From contig CAVXJS010000011.1 of NCBI GenBank assembly GCA_963762145.1, positions 416,001 through 480,000 on the forward strand: a stretch of DNA of 64,000 bases, in the 5' to 3' direction. Origin of the DNA: an uncultured Candidatus Rokubacteria bacterium. GTDB lineage: Bacteria > Methylomirabilota > Methylomirabilia > Rokubacteriales > CSP1-6. Made by a program: the position numbers and the translations under genes. The notes under the pieces are model-generated. The model ran no database searches. It was given only the letters and a program-made list of their open reading frames with translations, and was not told where the DNA came from. Below are positions 7,415 through 18,252 of the stretch, in pieces (positions within the stretch are counted from its first letter, which is position 1; the number at the start of each line of letters is the position of its first letter).

Positions 7415-8452
7415 ATGGCGCAGCCTCCCGTTTCGAGCCAGTCCCAGGAGCAGCGAGTCCAGGAGTTCGTGAGCGCTCACCAGGCGCTGCGGGCCGAGGT
7501 CGGCAAGGTCATCGTCGGCCACCACGATGTCGTCGGCGAGGTGCTGGTCGGCCTCTTCGCGGGCGGTCACGTGCTGCTGGAAGGCGTCCCCGGGCTCGGC
7601 AAGACACTCCTGATCAAGACCCTCGCGGAGAGCCTCGAGCTCTCCTTCTCCCGCATCCAGTTCACGCCCGACCTGATGCCGGGCGACATCATCGGCACCA
7701 ACATCATCGTGGAGGACGCGGAAGCGCGGAAGCACTTCCAGTTCCAGCGCGGGCCCATCTTCGGGCACATCCTCCTCGCGGACGAGATGAACCGGGCCAC
7801 CCCGAAGACGCAGTCCGCGCTGCTGGAGGGCATGCAGGAAGGCTCGGTCACGGTCTCGGGGAACTCGCACCCGCTGCCGCAGCCCTTCTTCGTGCTCGCC
7901 ACCCAGAACCCCATCGAGATGGAAGGCACCTACCCGCTGCCGGAAGCGCAGCTCGACCGCTTCCTCTTCAAGCTGCGGGTGCGCTACCCGGCCCTCGAGG
8001 AGCTCACCGAGATCATCGATCGCACCACGCACGTGCGGCACGTCGAGGTCCGGCGCGTCCTGACCGGCGCGCAGGTGCTCGCGATGCGGGAGCTGGTGCG
8101 CGAGATCCCGATCGCCACTCACGTGCGGGATCTCGCTTCCTACATCGTGCTCGCCACCCACCCGCAGTGGGAGCGGGCTCCCGAGTCGACCCGCCGCTTC
8201 ATCCGCTACGGGGCGAGCCCGCGCGGAGCCCAGGCCCTGGTGCTGGGCGCGAAGGTCCGCGCGATCTCGGAGGGCCGCTTCAACGTCAGCGTCGAGGATC
8301 TCCGGGCCACCGCGCTCCCCGCGCTCCGGCATCGGCTCATCCTGAACTTCGAGGGTGAGGCGGAAGGAGTGGACGTCGACGACCTGATTCGCAAGACCGT
8401 CGAGGCCGCCGAGGCGATGACCGGTTCAGAGAAAGAGGTCTTCCTGAGGTAG
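7415..8452 (+). CDS. MoxR-family AAA+ ATPase
   Basis: EGVPGLGKT Walker A, RIQFTPDLMPGD, LADEMNRA, ATQNPIE and YPLPEAQLDRF motifs; RBS AAGGAG before ATG 7415. Confidence 0.95.
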   Translation: MAQPPVSSQSQEQRVQEFVSAHQALRAEVGKVIVGHHDVVGEVLVGLFAGGHVLLEGVPGLGKTLLIKTLAESLELSFSRIQFTPDLMPGDIIGTNIIVEDAEARKHFQFQRGPIFGHILLADEMNRATPKTQSALLEGMQEGSVTVSGNSHPLPQPFFVLATQNPIEMEGTYPLPEAQLDRFLFKLRVRYPALEELTEIIDRTTHVRHVEVRRVLTGAQVLAMRELVREIPIATHVRDLASYIVLATHPQWERAPESTRRFIRYGASPRGAQALVLGAKVRAISEGRFNVSVEDLRATALPALRHRLILNFEGEAEGVDVDDLIRKTVEAAEAMTGSEKEVFLR

Positions 8453-8468
8453 GCAAGAGGAGAATCTG

Positions 8469-9953
8469 ATGCCCGGTCCCACGGTGATCGAGCGGCTCGT
8501 CGCGGACGTCGCCCGGCAGATCCGCCTGCGACGTGCGGAGTTCTACGGCCTGCGCGGGCTCTTGTGGGGCTCGATGGCCGCGGTGGTGCCACTCGTCCTC
8601 AAGGAGTCCCTGGGGATCTGGAGCTATGTGGGCGCCGCGATCCTCCTGCTGGCGGGCGCGGGAGCGGGCGCGCTCCGGGGCTTCCTGATGACGCTGCCGC
8701 CGGCCGAGGCGGCCCGGCTCGCCGACCGCGGCTACGGGCTTCAGGAGCGGGTGAGCACCGCGCTCGAATGGGCCGATCGGGCGGATCGCACCCCGATCGT
8801 GGAGGCGCTCGTCGCCGACGCGGCCGTCCGCGCCGACCAGCTCGGAGCGCGGCGCATCATCCCGCGCCGGGTGCCGCGCGAGGCCAAGTTCGTGCCCGTT
8901 CCCCTCGTGCTCGGCCTCGTGCTGGCCGCGGCCCCGCCGATTCCGCTCCCGCAGGGCGGCCTGCCCAACTTCTCGGTCTCGCGCGACGAGGAAGAGGAAA
9001 AGGTCAAGGACCGCGGCGGAGACCTGCAGCAATCGGAGCGCCGCCAGGCCACCCGGCGCGACCCGGTGCAGCGGGCGGAGGTGCAGGAGCGCACGTTGAC
9101 GCCGCGCATGGGCGGAGGCGGTCAGAGCCAGCCCGGCGATCTGGCCGCCGTCTTCAAGGACACCTCGCTGGCCGGCCGGGCGCCCGATTTCAACTCCTTC
9201 CTCAAGAAGGGCGACGACCGTCTGCGGATGCTGGAGCAGACGGACCGGCTGCCGGATCTTCAGAGCGACTTCACGCAGAACCAGGCCCGGGCCGTCTTCC
9301 AGAAGGCCAAGGCGCTGCGCGGCGGCCTGGACCCCAATAAGAAGGTGTCGCCGGAGAAGCTGCGGGAGCTGCTGCAGGAGATGGAGCGGCTCGGGCGGAA
9401 GAACCAGCCGGGCGGCGGGCAGAGCGACTGGTCGGGGGACGTCTACGAAGGCATGGAGGCCCTCGAGGGCGGGCAGAGCGACAAGGCCATGGAGGCGATG
9501 GAGCGCGCGCTGAACAAGATGCGCTCCAAGGAAGAGCGTGGCCGCGACGGCAAGTCGCTCAAGGGCGGGCGGGAGAGCGACCGCCGCGGCAACAAGCGCG
9601 GGAACGAGAAGGGCCAGGGTCAGGGCGGGCCGGGCGACGAGGGCGACTTCCCGGAGGGTGAGGGGCTCCTGCCCGGCCGCGGCAAGAGCGGCTCGCCGAA
9701 GGGCGATCCGACCGCGCGCCTGCGGGGCAATCCGTTCGACGTCGGCGTGGAAGGTGAGGCCCGCGCGGGTCGCAAGCAGGGAATCGACACCAACATGGTC
9801 GGCCGCGGCTCGCAGATGCCCTCGCGCCTGCAGTACATGGGCGTGCTGGGGCAGTACCGGAAGATGATGGAGGAATCCATCGCGCGCGAGCAGGTGCCGC
9901 GCGACTTCCAGAGCCAGGTGAAGGAGTACTTCCAAGCGCTGGATGAGAAGTAA
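8469..9953 (+). CDS. Membrane-anchored coiled-coil protein of the MoxR operon
   Basis: N-terminal TM helices, ERVSTALE motif, Q/G/E-rich helical region and VPRDFQSQVKEYF C-terminus typical of MoxR-cluster partners. Confidence 0.75.
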   Translation: MPGPTVIERLVADVARQIRLRRAEFYGLRGLLWGSMAAVVPLVLKESLGIWSYVGAAILLLAGAGAGALRGFLMTLPPAEAARLADRGYGLQERVSTALEWADRADRTPIVEALVADAAVRADQLGARRIIPRRVPREAKFVPVPLVLGLVLAAAPPIPLPQGGLPNFSVSRDEEEEKVKDRGGDLQQSERRQATRRDPVQRAEVQERTLTPRMGGGGQSQPGDLAAVFKDTSLAGRAPDFNSFLKKGDDRLRMLEQTDRLPDLQSDFTQNQARAVFQKAKALRGGLDPNKKVSPEKLRELLQEMERLGRKNQPGGGQSDWSGDVYEGMEALEGGQSDKAMEAMERALNKMRSKEERGRDGKSLKGGRESDRRGNKRGNEKGQGQGGPGDEGDFPEGEGLLPGRGKSGSPKGDPTARLRGNPFDVGVEGEARAGRKQGIDTNMVGRGSQMPSRLQYMGVLGQYRKMMEESIAREQVPRDFQSQVKEYFQALDEK

Positions 9954-10851
9954 CGACGTGGCCACCGCGCGTGCCGGCCACGAGTTGCTCTCGACGGACT
10001 TTCTCACCCAGCTCGAGCGCCTGAGCCTTCTCTCCCGCCGGTCCTTCCGGGGTCGGGTCAAGGGCGAGCGCCGCAGCCCGCGCAAGGGCATCAGCGTGGA
10101 GTTCTCCGACTACCGCCCCTACGGGGTCGGCGACGATCTGCGCTACGTGGACTGGAACGTCTACGCGCGTCTCGACCGCCTCTACCTCAAGCTGTTCGTG
10201 GACGAGGAGGATCTCTGCCTGCACCTGCTCGTGGACGCCTCCGGCTCCATGGGGTTCGGCGAGCCGTCCAAGCTCGACTACTCGACGCGGCTGGCCGGGG
10301 CCCTCGGCTTCGTGGGCCTGGTGGGGCTCGAGCGGGTGGGGGTGGGCGTGGTACGGGACCGGATGGCCGAGGGCTTCAATCCGGCGCGCGGTCGGAGCCA
10401 GGCGATCCCCCTCATGGACTTCCTGGGCCGCCTGCGCGCGGGTGGGTCCACCTCGCTCAACGACGGGCTCGCGGCCTACGCGCTGCGCGCCCGCGAGGCG
10501 GGCCTGGCCGTGCTCCTCACGGACCTGATGGACCCGGGCGGGTACGAGCGCGGGCTCAAGGCGCTGCTGGAGCGGCGCTTCGACGTGCACGTGATCCACG
10601 TGCTGTCCGCGGACGAGATGAATCCCGGCTTCGGGGGTGATCTGCGGCTGCTCGATTCGGAGAGCGATGAGGAGCGCGACCTCACCCTCGACGGCGAGGC
10701 CCTGCGCGGCTATCACGAGCGGCTCCGCACCTTCCTCGATCGCGCCGAGCAGTTCTGCCGGGGCAACGAGATCACCTACCACCGGGTCGTGACCGAGACC
10801 CCGGTCGAGGAGTTCATGCTGCGCCAGCTCAAGGGGCTCCTGCTCGCATGA
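9943..10851 (+). CDS. DUF58 (vWA-like) protein
   Basis: EFSDYRPYGVGDDLRYVDWNVYAR and DASGSM motifs; start may instead be GTG 9958. Confidence 0.92.
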   Translation: MRSNDVATARAGHELLSTDFLTQLERLSLLSRRSFRGRVKGERRSPRKGISVEFSDYRPYGVGDDLRYVDWNVYARLDRLYLKLFVDEEDLCLHLLVDASGSMGFGEPSKLDYSTRLAGALGFVGLVGLERVGVGVVRDRMAEGFNPARGRSQAIPLMDFLGRLRAGGSTSLNDGLAAYALRAREAGLAVLLTDLMDPGGYERGLKALLERRFDVHVIHVLSADEMNPGFGGDLRLLDSESDEERDLTLDGEALRGYHERLRTFLDRAEQFCRGNEITYHRVVTETPVEEFMLRQLKGLLLA

Positions 10852-13800
10852 ACTTCCTCAGCCCCTTCGCTCTGTTGATGGCCACCCTCTCGGTGCCCCT
10901 CCTCCTCCTCTATTTCTTGAAAGTGAGGCGGCGGCAGATGCGGGTATCGAGCCTGCTCCTGTGGGCTCCCGCGCTCCGGGACCGCGAGGCCTCGACCTTC
11001 TTCCAGCGGCTGCAGCGCGACCCGCTCCTCATCCTGCAGCTCCTGGCCCTGCTCGCCCTCACCGTCGCGCTGGCCCGGCCGGCGGTGAACGTGATGGGGC
11101 AGGGGGCGAAGCGCGTCGCCATCGTCATGGACAGCTCCGCGTCCATGAAGGCCACGGACGTGTCGCCGTCGCGCTTCGTGCAGGCGCAGCGGGCCGCCCT
11201 CGGGCTGCTCGGTCGCCTGGGCGAAGGCGCCGAGGTGATGGTGATCGAGGCGGGCGTGCAGCCCAAGGTGCTGGTCCCCTTCACCCGCGAGCACGACCGG
11301 GTCTCCGCGGGGATCCGCTCGATGGAGGCGCACAACCTTCCCAACCGCCTGCCGGAGGGGCTCCGCACCGCGCGTGCGCTGGTCGGACCCGACCCGCGCG
11401 CGGAGATCCACGTCTTCACCGACGGGGCGCATCCCGACGCGATCAAGGCCCAGGGGGACGACGTCCGGGTGCGCTGGACCGGCACCGGGCTCCGCTCTCA
11501 CAACGTGGGCATCACGAGCCTCGCGGTCCGCCGGAGCTACTTCGGGGCGTACAACTCGCAGGCATTCTTCTCGGTGGGCAATTTCTCGGGCGAGCGGCAG
11601 ACCCTGTCGCTCAAGCTGACCCTCGATGACGAGGTCCTCGCCGAGCGCACGCTCACCCTCGACCCGCAGGTGCGGCGGGCGGTCACGGTGCCGTTCAGCG
11701 AGCAGCGCGGCGGCGTGCTCAAGCTCAAGCTCGACGTGTCGGACGATCTCGACGCCGACAATACCGCCTACGCGGTCATGCCGCCGCCCCGGACGATCTC
11801 GGTCCTGCTGGTCAGCCCCGGGAATTTGTTCCTCGAGAAGGTGCTGAAGACCGATCCGCAGGTGCAGCTCGAGGTGCGCAAGCCCGACGCCTACCAGGGC
11901 GGCATGGAGGGCTTCGACGTCGTGGTGGTGGACAGCGTGAGTCCGCAGAAGCTGGGTAACGGCCGCTTCGTCCTCGTCAATACCGTGCCCGCGGACGTGC
12001 CGCTCGAGGTGCTCGGGCGTCTCGACAATCCCACCATCATGGACTGGGACCGCTCGCATCCGATCATGCGGCAGATCGACTTCGCCAAGGTGACGATGGA
12101 GGACGCGATGCGCGTCCGGCCGCTCGCGGCCGGGAAGACCCTCGTGGAGGCGGTGGGCGGGCCGCTGATCTACGCCCTGGAAGAGCGCGATCGCAAGGCC
12201 CTCTTCTTCGGCTTCGATCTCTTCCGCAGCGACTTTCCGCTGCGGGTGGCCTTCCCGCTCATGCTCTCCAAGGGGCTCCGCTGGCTACACCCGGCCGGGC
12301 TCGACCAGGCGAGCCTGCAGCTGCAGGCGGGCCAGCCGATCCTGCTGCCGGTGGAGCACGGCGTGACCTCCGCGACCGTGCGCACCCCGTCCGGACGCAG
12401 CGTGCGGGCGCAGGTCAACCGCGGCATGGCCAGCTTCACCGACACCGACGAGGTCGGGATCTACGCGGTGGTGACCGGCCGCGGCGAGACACGCGTGGCC
12501 GTCAACCTGATGAACGGCGACGAGTCGGACCTGACCCCCCAGGCGCTGCCCAGCTTCGTGGAGAGCGCGCGGCCCGAATCGTCTCCGGTGCTCATCGTGC
12601 GCGAGCTCTGGCCCTTCTTCGTGGCCCTGGCTCTGGTGCTCTTCGCGCTCGAGGGGTTCCTCTACTGGCGCCGGCAGACCGGTGGGCGTCTCAACCTGCC
12701 CCGCGGGCTGGGCGACCGCTGGGCCATCGGCCTGCGCTGCGCGCTCCTCGTGCTGCTGCTCTTCTCGCTGACCAAGCCGACGATCCCGCGCTGGGCCGAC
12801 CGCCTGAACGTGACGTTCCTGATGGACATGTCGGACAGCGTGAGTCTGGCTGCGCGCGAGAGCGCGTACCGGTTCGCGGCCCAGTCGGTGGCGGCCATGC
12901 AGGCGGGCGACCAGGCCGGCGTGGTGGTGTTCGGCGAGGAAGCGATGGTGGACCAGCCGCTCCGCGCGACCGTCAAGCTCGACCGGCCGCAGGCCCAGGT
13001 GGGCGGGAGCGGGACGAACCTGGCCCAGGCGCTCCAGCTCGGCCTGGCCACCGCGCCGCCCGGCCAGGCCAACCGGTTCGTGCTGCTCACGGACGGCCGG
13101 CAGAATCAGGGCAACGCCCTCGCGGTCGCGCAGGCGGCCAAGGACGCGGGCGCCGACATCTACTACGTGCCGGCCCCGCTGACCTTCCCGCAGGAAGTGG
13201 TCGTGGAGTCCATGGTGCTGCCGCAGGAGGTGAAGTTCGGCGAGCCGTTCCAGGCCAAGGTGGTGGCCTGGAGCCAGGCGGAGACCCAGGGCCGGCTCTC
13301 GCTCTACCGCAACGCCGAGTTCCTCGGCTCGCAGGTGGTGAAGCTGTCCCCGGGCAAGAACGTCTTCACCTACCGCCAGTCGCTCGAGCAGAGCGGGATC
13401 CACGTCTACCAGGCGGCGCTCGACGTGGACGGCGACACCATCGAGGAGAACAATCGCGCGGTGGGCACCCTGGTGGTGCGCGGGCGGCCCCAGGTGCTGC
13501 TCGCCGAGAAGGACCGCACCCAGGCGCAGGCCCTGGCCGCCGCCCTGCGCTCCCAGCACGTCGACGTGACGGTGGTGGAGGCGGACAAGATCCCCAAGGA
13601 CATGGCGGGGCTGCAGAAGTACGACGGCCTCATCCTGTCCAATGTGTCCTCGCTCAAGATGACGAAGAAGCAGATGGAGAACATCCGCGACTACGTCCGC
13701 GAGCAGGGCGGCGGCCTCGTGATGCTGGGCGGCGAGGAGAGCTTCGGCCTCGGCGGCTACTATCGCACCCCGATCGAGGAAGCGCTCCCGGTGACGATGG

Positions 13801-15246
13801 AGGTCAAGCAGAAGATCGAGATCCCGAGCCTCGCGGTGGTGCTCTCGATCGACCGCTCGGGCTCGATGGCCATGACCACCGACGAGAAGGTGACCAAGCT
13901 CGACATCGCCAAGGAGGCCGCGCACCTGGTGGTGGATCTCCTCGACGACCGCAACGAGGTCGGGGTCATGAGCTGGGACACCGAGTTCATCTGGGACGCG
14001 CCGCTGCAAGCCCGCCCGGGACAAGCAGGGCATCCACCACGCGATCTCCACGATCAAGGCGGGCGGTGGCACCGACGGCTATCCGGCGCTGAAGGAGGCC
14101 TACCAGATTCTGTTCGACCGGCCCGCGCTGCTGAAGCACGTGATCTTCCTGTCGGACGGGCAGATGACCCGCGGCGACTTCTCGGGCCTGCTGCGCCGGA
14201 TGGCCAAGGACAAGATCACGGTCTCCACGGTGGCCATCGGCAAGGACGCCGACGTGCCGCTCATGGTGGACGTGGCCAAGTGGGGGCGCGGGCGCTTCTA
14301 CTACACCGAGGACGACTCCACGATTCCGCGGATCTTCACCCTGGAGACGCAGCTGGCCTCCAAGGCGTCGCTCGTGGAGCAGCCCTTCAAGGCCACCGTG
14401 GCCAGCCCGGCCCACGAGGCCATCCAGGAGATCGACTGGAAGGAGGCGCCACCGCTCGGCGGGTACGTGGCGACCAGCATGAAGAGCAGCGCCGATCTGG
14501 TGCTGATGACGCACCAGGAGGACCCGCTCCTGGCCACGTGGCGCTACGGGCTGGGCCGGTCGGTGGCCTTCACCTCCGACGCCAAGGCCAAGTGGGGCGT
14601 GCTCTGGGTGCGCTGGGGCGGCTTCAACAAGTTCTGGTCCCAGGTGACGCGCTGGACGCTGCGCACGGGCACGAGGAGCGATACGGTCGCCACGGTCTCG
14701 CGCACTGACAACGTGGGCGAGGTGCTGGTCGACGCGATCGACCCCAAGGGCGAGTTCATCAACTTCCTCGACACGCAGGTCGGCGTGGTGTCGCCGGACA
14801 AGACGCGCACCGTGGTCGATCTCGAGCAGATCGGCCCGGGCCGCTATCGTGGGCGATTCCCGGCGAGCCAGGAGGGTGTATACCTGGTCGGGATGGCGCA
14901 GCGCCGGGCGGACCAGATGGTGGGCTCCCAGCTCGCGGGCCTGGTGGTGCCCTACGGCCAGGAGTTCCGTGACCTGGGCGTGGACGAGACGCTCCTCCGT
15001 GAGCTCTCCGAGCTCACGGGTGGCGGTATGCTGACCGAGCCGAAGGACGCGTTCCTTCAGAACCGGCACAAGTCGCGTCTGAGCGTGGACATCTGGCCGT
15101 GGCTGGTGGGGATGGTGGCGGTGTTGCTGATCCCGGAGATTGCGCTGCGCCGGGTCGGGCCGGTTGGCTTCGGCCGGTTGATGGCGCGTCTGCGGGCGGG
15201 CCGAGCCAAGGGAGGGCGTGGAGATGAGAGCGCTGATCCGAGCTAA
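10848..15246 (+). CDS. Large BatA/triple-vWA membrane protein with a glutamine-amidotransferase-like domain (one frameshift near 14010)
   Basis: BatA N-terminus (LLLLYFLK...VSSLLLW, LARP); MIDAS motifs DSSASM, DMSDSV, DRSGSM; continues in ORF 14140-15246 (LSDG, WRYGLGR). Confidence 0.85.
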
Positions 15247-16570
15247 CCGGGCCGTCGTCACCGCACTGCTGCTCGCGCTGGTCGCCACCGCGGGGGTCGA
15301 GGCGGCCCCCAAGCCGCGCAACGTGCTCATCCTCCCGTTCGCCACCGTGGACCTCACGCGCGAGGAGCAGTGGCTCGGCGAGGGCGTGGCGCAATCGCTC
15401 ATGCTCGCCCTCGTGCACGTCCCGGGGCTCGTGCAGATCGACCGCGACCGCCTGCGGCAGCTTCCGCAGCCGGAGGCGTGGGACGAGACCGCCACCGCGG
15501 CCGCGGCCAAGCGGCTCGGCGCGGACATCGCCCTGTTCGGGGAGGTGAAGCGGACCGGGAGCGATCTGATCCTGCAGCCCCGCTTCGTCGAGCTGCGCGG
15601 CGATAGGGTCGAGCGCGGCGCCCTGGATACCGTGGCCATCGCGGAGGGCCAGCTCCTGGACCGGCTCCGCCCGCTCCCGGCGGGTTACCTGAAGGCCCTC
15701 AAGGTTCCCGCGAGCGACGTGGAGCTGGCGCGCGTCCAGAAGTGGGCGGCGCCCACCGGCCAGCTGCGCGCCTACGAGCTCTACGTGCGCGGGCGCCAGG
15801 CCGTGTACCGGACGACGCAGGATGGCAGTGAGGCGGCGGTCGAGTTCCTGAGCCGCGCCATCGAGGCGGATCCGCAGTTCGTCGCCGCCCAGCACGCGCT
15901 CGGGGTGGTCCACCAGAACCTCGGCAACCGCTGGAAGGCGGCCGCGCAGTTCCGCGCCTCCGCGCAGCTGGATCCGACCTACGCGGAGCCCTACAAGGCC
16001 CTCGGCGATCTTTACCTCACGGCGCCGCGCCGGCTCTTCGACGAGGCCATCAAGGCCTACGCCAAGGCCATCGAGCTGCGCCCGTTCTACGCGGAGGCGC
16101 ACGTGGGGCTGGGCGATGCGCTCGCCGCGAAGGGCGACGTGGATCCGGCGGTCGCCGCGTACCAGCGCGGCATCGAGCACAATCCGATGAACGGCAAGGT
16201 GTACGTGAGCCTGGGCAAGCTGTACTACGCGGAGAAGGGGCTCTACTACGAGTCGGTCACCGCCTACAAGAAGGCGATCGACCTGGATCCGACGTACCTC
16301 GACGCGCGGATGGGCCTGGCGGAAGTCTACGAGGACAAGGGCCTCTACAAGGAAGCCATCGAGGAGTACCGGAAGGTCGTGGACGCCGACGCCAAGAACA
16401 CCGGCGCGCTCTACAACCTGGCACTCGTCTACGAGAAGGTGGACCCGAAGGAGTCGATCACGCTCTGGGAGCGCTACATCGCACTCGCCGGGAGCCTTCC
16501 CGCGGAGAAGGACTGGGTGGACGTCGCCCGGCTGCACCTGCGCAAGCTGAAGCAGCAACAGGGCAACTAG
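15224..16570 (+). CDS. Exported TPR-repeat protein with N-terminal TolB-N/FlgO-like domain
   Basis: Signal peptide, LILPF...WLGEGVAQSL segment and multiple TPR repeats. Confidence 0.85.
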   Translation: MRALIRANRAVVTALLLALVATAGVEAAPKPRNVLILPFATVDLTREEQWLGEGVAQSLMLALVHVPGLVQIDRDRLRQLPQPEAWDETATAAAAKRLGADIALFGEVKRTGSDLILQPRFVELRGDRVERGALDTVAIAEGQLLDRLRPLPAGYLKALKVPASDVELARVQKWAAPTGQLRAYELYVRGRQAVYRTTQDGSEAAVEFLSRAIEADPQFVAAQHALGVVHQNLGNRWKAAAQFRASAQLDPTYAEPYKALGDLYLTAPRRLFDEAIKAYAKAIELRPFYAEAHVGLGDALAAKGDVDPAVAAYQRGIEHNPMNGKVYVSLGKLYYAEKGLYYESVTAYKKAIDLDPTYLDARMGLAEVYEDKGLYKEAIEEYRKVVDADAKNTGALYNLALVYEKVDPKESITLWERYIALAGSLPAEKDWVDVARLHLRKLKQQQGN

Positions 16571-16583
16571 CGGCCGGCGACAG

Positions 16584-16829
16584 CTAGATTCCCAGCAGCG
16601 TCTTGAGCTGTGGCTTGTTGAAGCCGCGGACCACCTGATCCCCGACCACGATCACCGGGATGCTCATTCCTCCCGACAGCTTGATCAGCTCGTCTCTGGC
16701 TCCCGCGTCGGCGAGGACGTTGATGTCCTCGAAGGCCACTCCCTGGGACGAAAGAAACTCTTTCGCCGCTTTGCAGGGCCCTCAGGTAGGGCTGCTGAAG
16801 ACTCGCACCTTGAGCTGTTGGTCTGTCAT
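16584..16829 (-). CDS. Selenocysteine-containing glutaredoxin/NrdH-like redoxin (UxxC)
   Basis: Manual translation: MTDQQLKVRVFSSPT-U-GPCKAAKEFLSSQGVAFEDINV...GMSIPVIVVGDQVVRGFNKPQLKTLLGI. The TGA (plus-strand tca 16782-16784) falls at the first Cys of CxxC. Absent from the ORF track. Confidence 0.9.
16749..16765 (-). promoter_or_regulatory. Candidate SECIS hairpin for the glutaredoxin UGA
   Basis: mRNA CGAAAGA-GUU-UCUUUCG stem-loop starting 16 nt after the UGA. Confidence 0.55.
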
Positions 16830-16889
16830 GGGGCCAGTATACAGGACGTAACCACGTCGTCTCCGCGTCTCTGCTGGGCCGCCCCGCGG

Positions 16890-17648
16890 ATGCCCCTATG
16901 TCTCCTCGCGGTGGGTGTCCTCCTCCTCGCCCACGCGACGCCCGCTCGGGCCCACGATGGGAATGACACCGAGCTGAGCTTCTTCGATCCGCTGGTGACG
17001 CTCGCGCCGGGGATCTCGCGGGAGCTGGATCTGCTCTTCGAGCACACGCGGACCGGCCAAGAACGCCTCACCCTGATGTCCGCCAAGCTCCAGTATCCGG
17101 TCTCCCCCTGGCTTCAGTTCAGCGTGGAGATGCCGGGGCAAGTCCTGGAGCCGAGAGGGGGAGAGACGGCGTCCGGCGCCGGCGACCTGGTCGTGGCCGG
17201 CCAGGCCGCGGTGCTGAACTCGCGCCGAGAGAAGGTCGAGCTCGACGTGGGCGTCGAGCTCACGCTGCCGACCGGCTCGGCCACTCTCCTGGCGGGATCC
17301 ACCGCCGTCCGGCCATTCGTGAGCGGCGCAATCAAGCTTGGGCCCCTCGATCTGATCGCCAACCTGAGCCACCAGTGGGTGCTGGCCGGGCCCGTCTCGG
17401 GTGTCCGGCTCTTCCAGGCCAACGCCGCAGTCGGCTACCGGCTGGACTGGATCGCGCCATTCGTGGAGCTCAACCTGATTCAGCCCGTGCGGCGAATCGA
17501 GGACGATCGTCCTCAGCTGTACGTGCTCCCGGGGCTCGAGCTCTTCCTGCCGTGGAACCTGAGCCTGTCCGTCGGGGTCCAGCTCCCACTCACTTCCGCG
17601 AGATTTTTCGAGCAGCGGGTTCTCGGCTTCCTGAAGTGGCAGTTCTGA
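16890..17648 (+). CDS. Putative outer-membrane beta-barrel (phenol_MetA_deg-like transporter family)
   Basis: Signal peptide (ARAH), GAGD and LTLPTG motifs, alternating beta strands, C-terminal Phe (KWQF). Confidence 0.65.
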   Translation: MPLCLLAVGVLLLAHATPARAHDGNDTELSFFDPLVTLAPGISRELDLLFEHTRTGQERLTLMSAKLQYPVSPWLQFSVEMPGQVLEPRGGETASGAGDLVVAGQAAVLNSRREKVELDVGVELTLPTGSATLLAGSTAVRPFVSGAIKLGPLDLIANLSHQWVLAGPVSGVRLFQANAAVGYRLDWIAPFVELNLIQPVRRIEDDRPQLYVLPGLELFLPWNLSLSVGVQLPLTSARFFEQRVLGFLKWQF

Positions 17649-17744
17649 TCCGTCGCTGCCGGATTCAGTCACTCGATGACTCGTCGCGTCATGAGTCCTG
17701 ATTCCCAGGGGTTTGAATTCAACTAGATACCGGGCACCGGCCCA

Positions 17745-17760
17745 TGGCCTCTCTCTTGCT
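17745..17760 (+). promoter_or_regulatory. Candidate sigma54 promoter of the pilin-like gene
   Basis: TGGCCTCTCTCTTGCT (TGGC-N7-TTGC). Confidence 0.55.
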
Positions 17761-17772
17761 CATGTCGAGGGC

Positions 17773-18162
17773 ATGACCTGGAGGCGAACCCGCGCGCAGG
17801 GCGGCTTCACGCTCGTCGAGCTGATGGTCGTCGTGGCCGTCATCGGCGTTCTGGCCACGATCGCGATCCCGCTCTACGCGAACGTGCTGGCCCGCGGCCG
17901 CATCGCGAAGGCGCAGGCCGACTCCCGGTCCCTCGCCTCGGCGGTCGGTGTCTATGGCGCCCACATGGGGACGATCCCGGCCTCCCTGAGCCAGCTGACC
18001 TCGGCCGTGACCAACGCGCAGGGGAACTGGGCGGGCCCGTTCATGAACTCGATGCCCATCCCTCCAGGGGGCTGGGCCGCATATGCCTACACCGCGAACG
18101 TTTCGGCCGGCACCTACCGGATCACCTCGAGCGGGGACGGCACCAGCGTCAGCTACCCGTAG
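17773..18162 (+). CDS. Type IV pilin / T2SS pseudopilin-like protein
   Basis: Prepilin cleavage/methylation motif QGG|FTLVELMVVVAVIGVLATIAIP. Confidence 0.9.
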   Translation: MTWRRTRAQGGFTLVELMVVVAVIGVLATIAIPLYANVLARGRIAKAQADSRSLASAVGVYGAHMGTIPASLSQLTSAVTNAQGNWAGPFMNSMPIPPGGWAAYAYTANVSAGTYRITSSGDGTSVSYP

Positions 18163-18214
18163 GCTCGTGCGCGGCGCCCGCCGCGGCGGATCGTCCCGTA
18201 ACTCCCGGCCGACC

Positions 18215-18243
18215 TTGACTTAACGAGGGCCATTCCCTATCGT
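18215..18243 (+). promoter_or_regulatory. Sigma70 promoter of the GalT-like gene
   Basis: TTGACT-N17-TATCGT, 9 nt before ATG 18253. Confidence 0.65.
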
Positions 18244-18252
18244 GGCCCAAGC

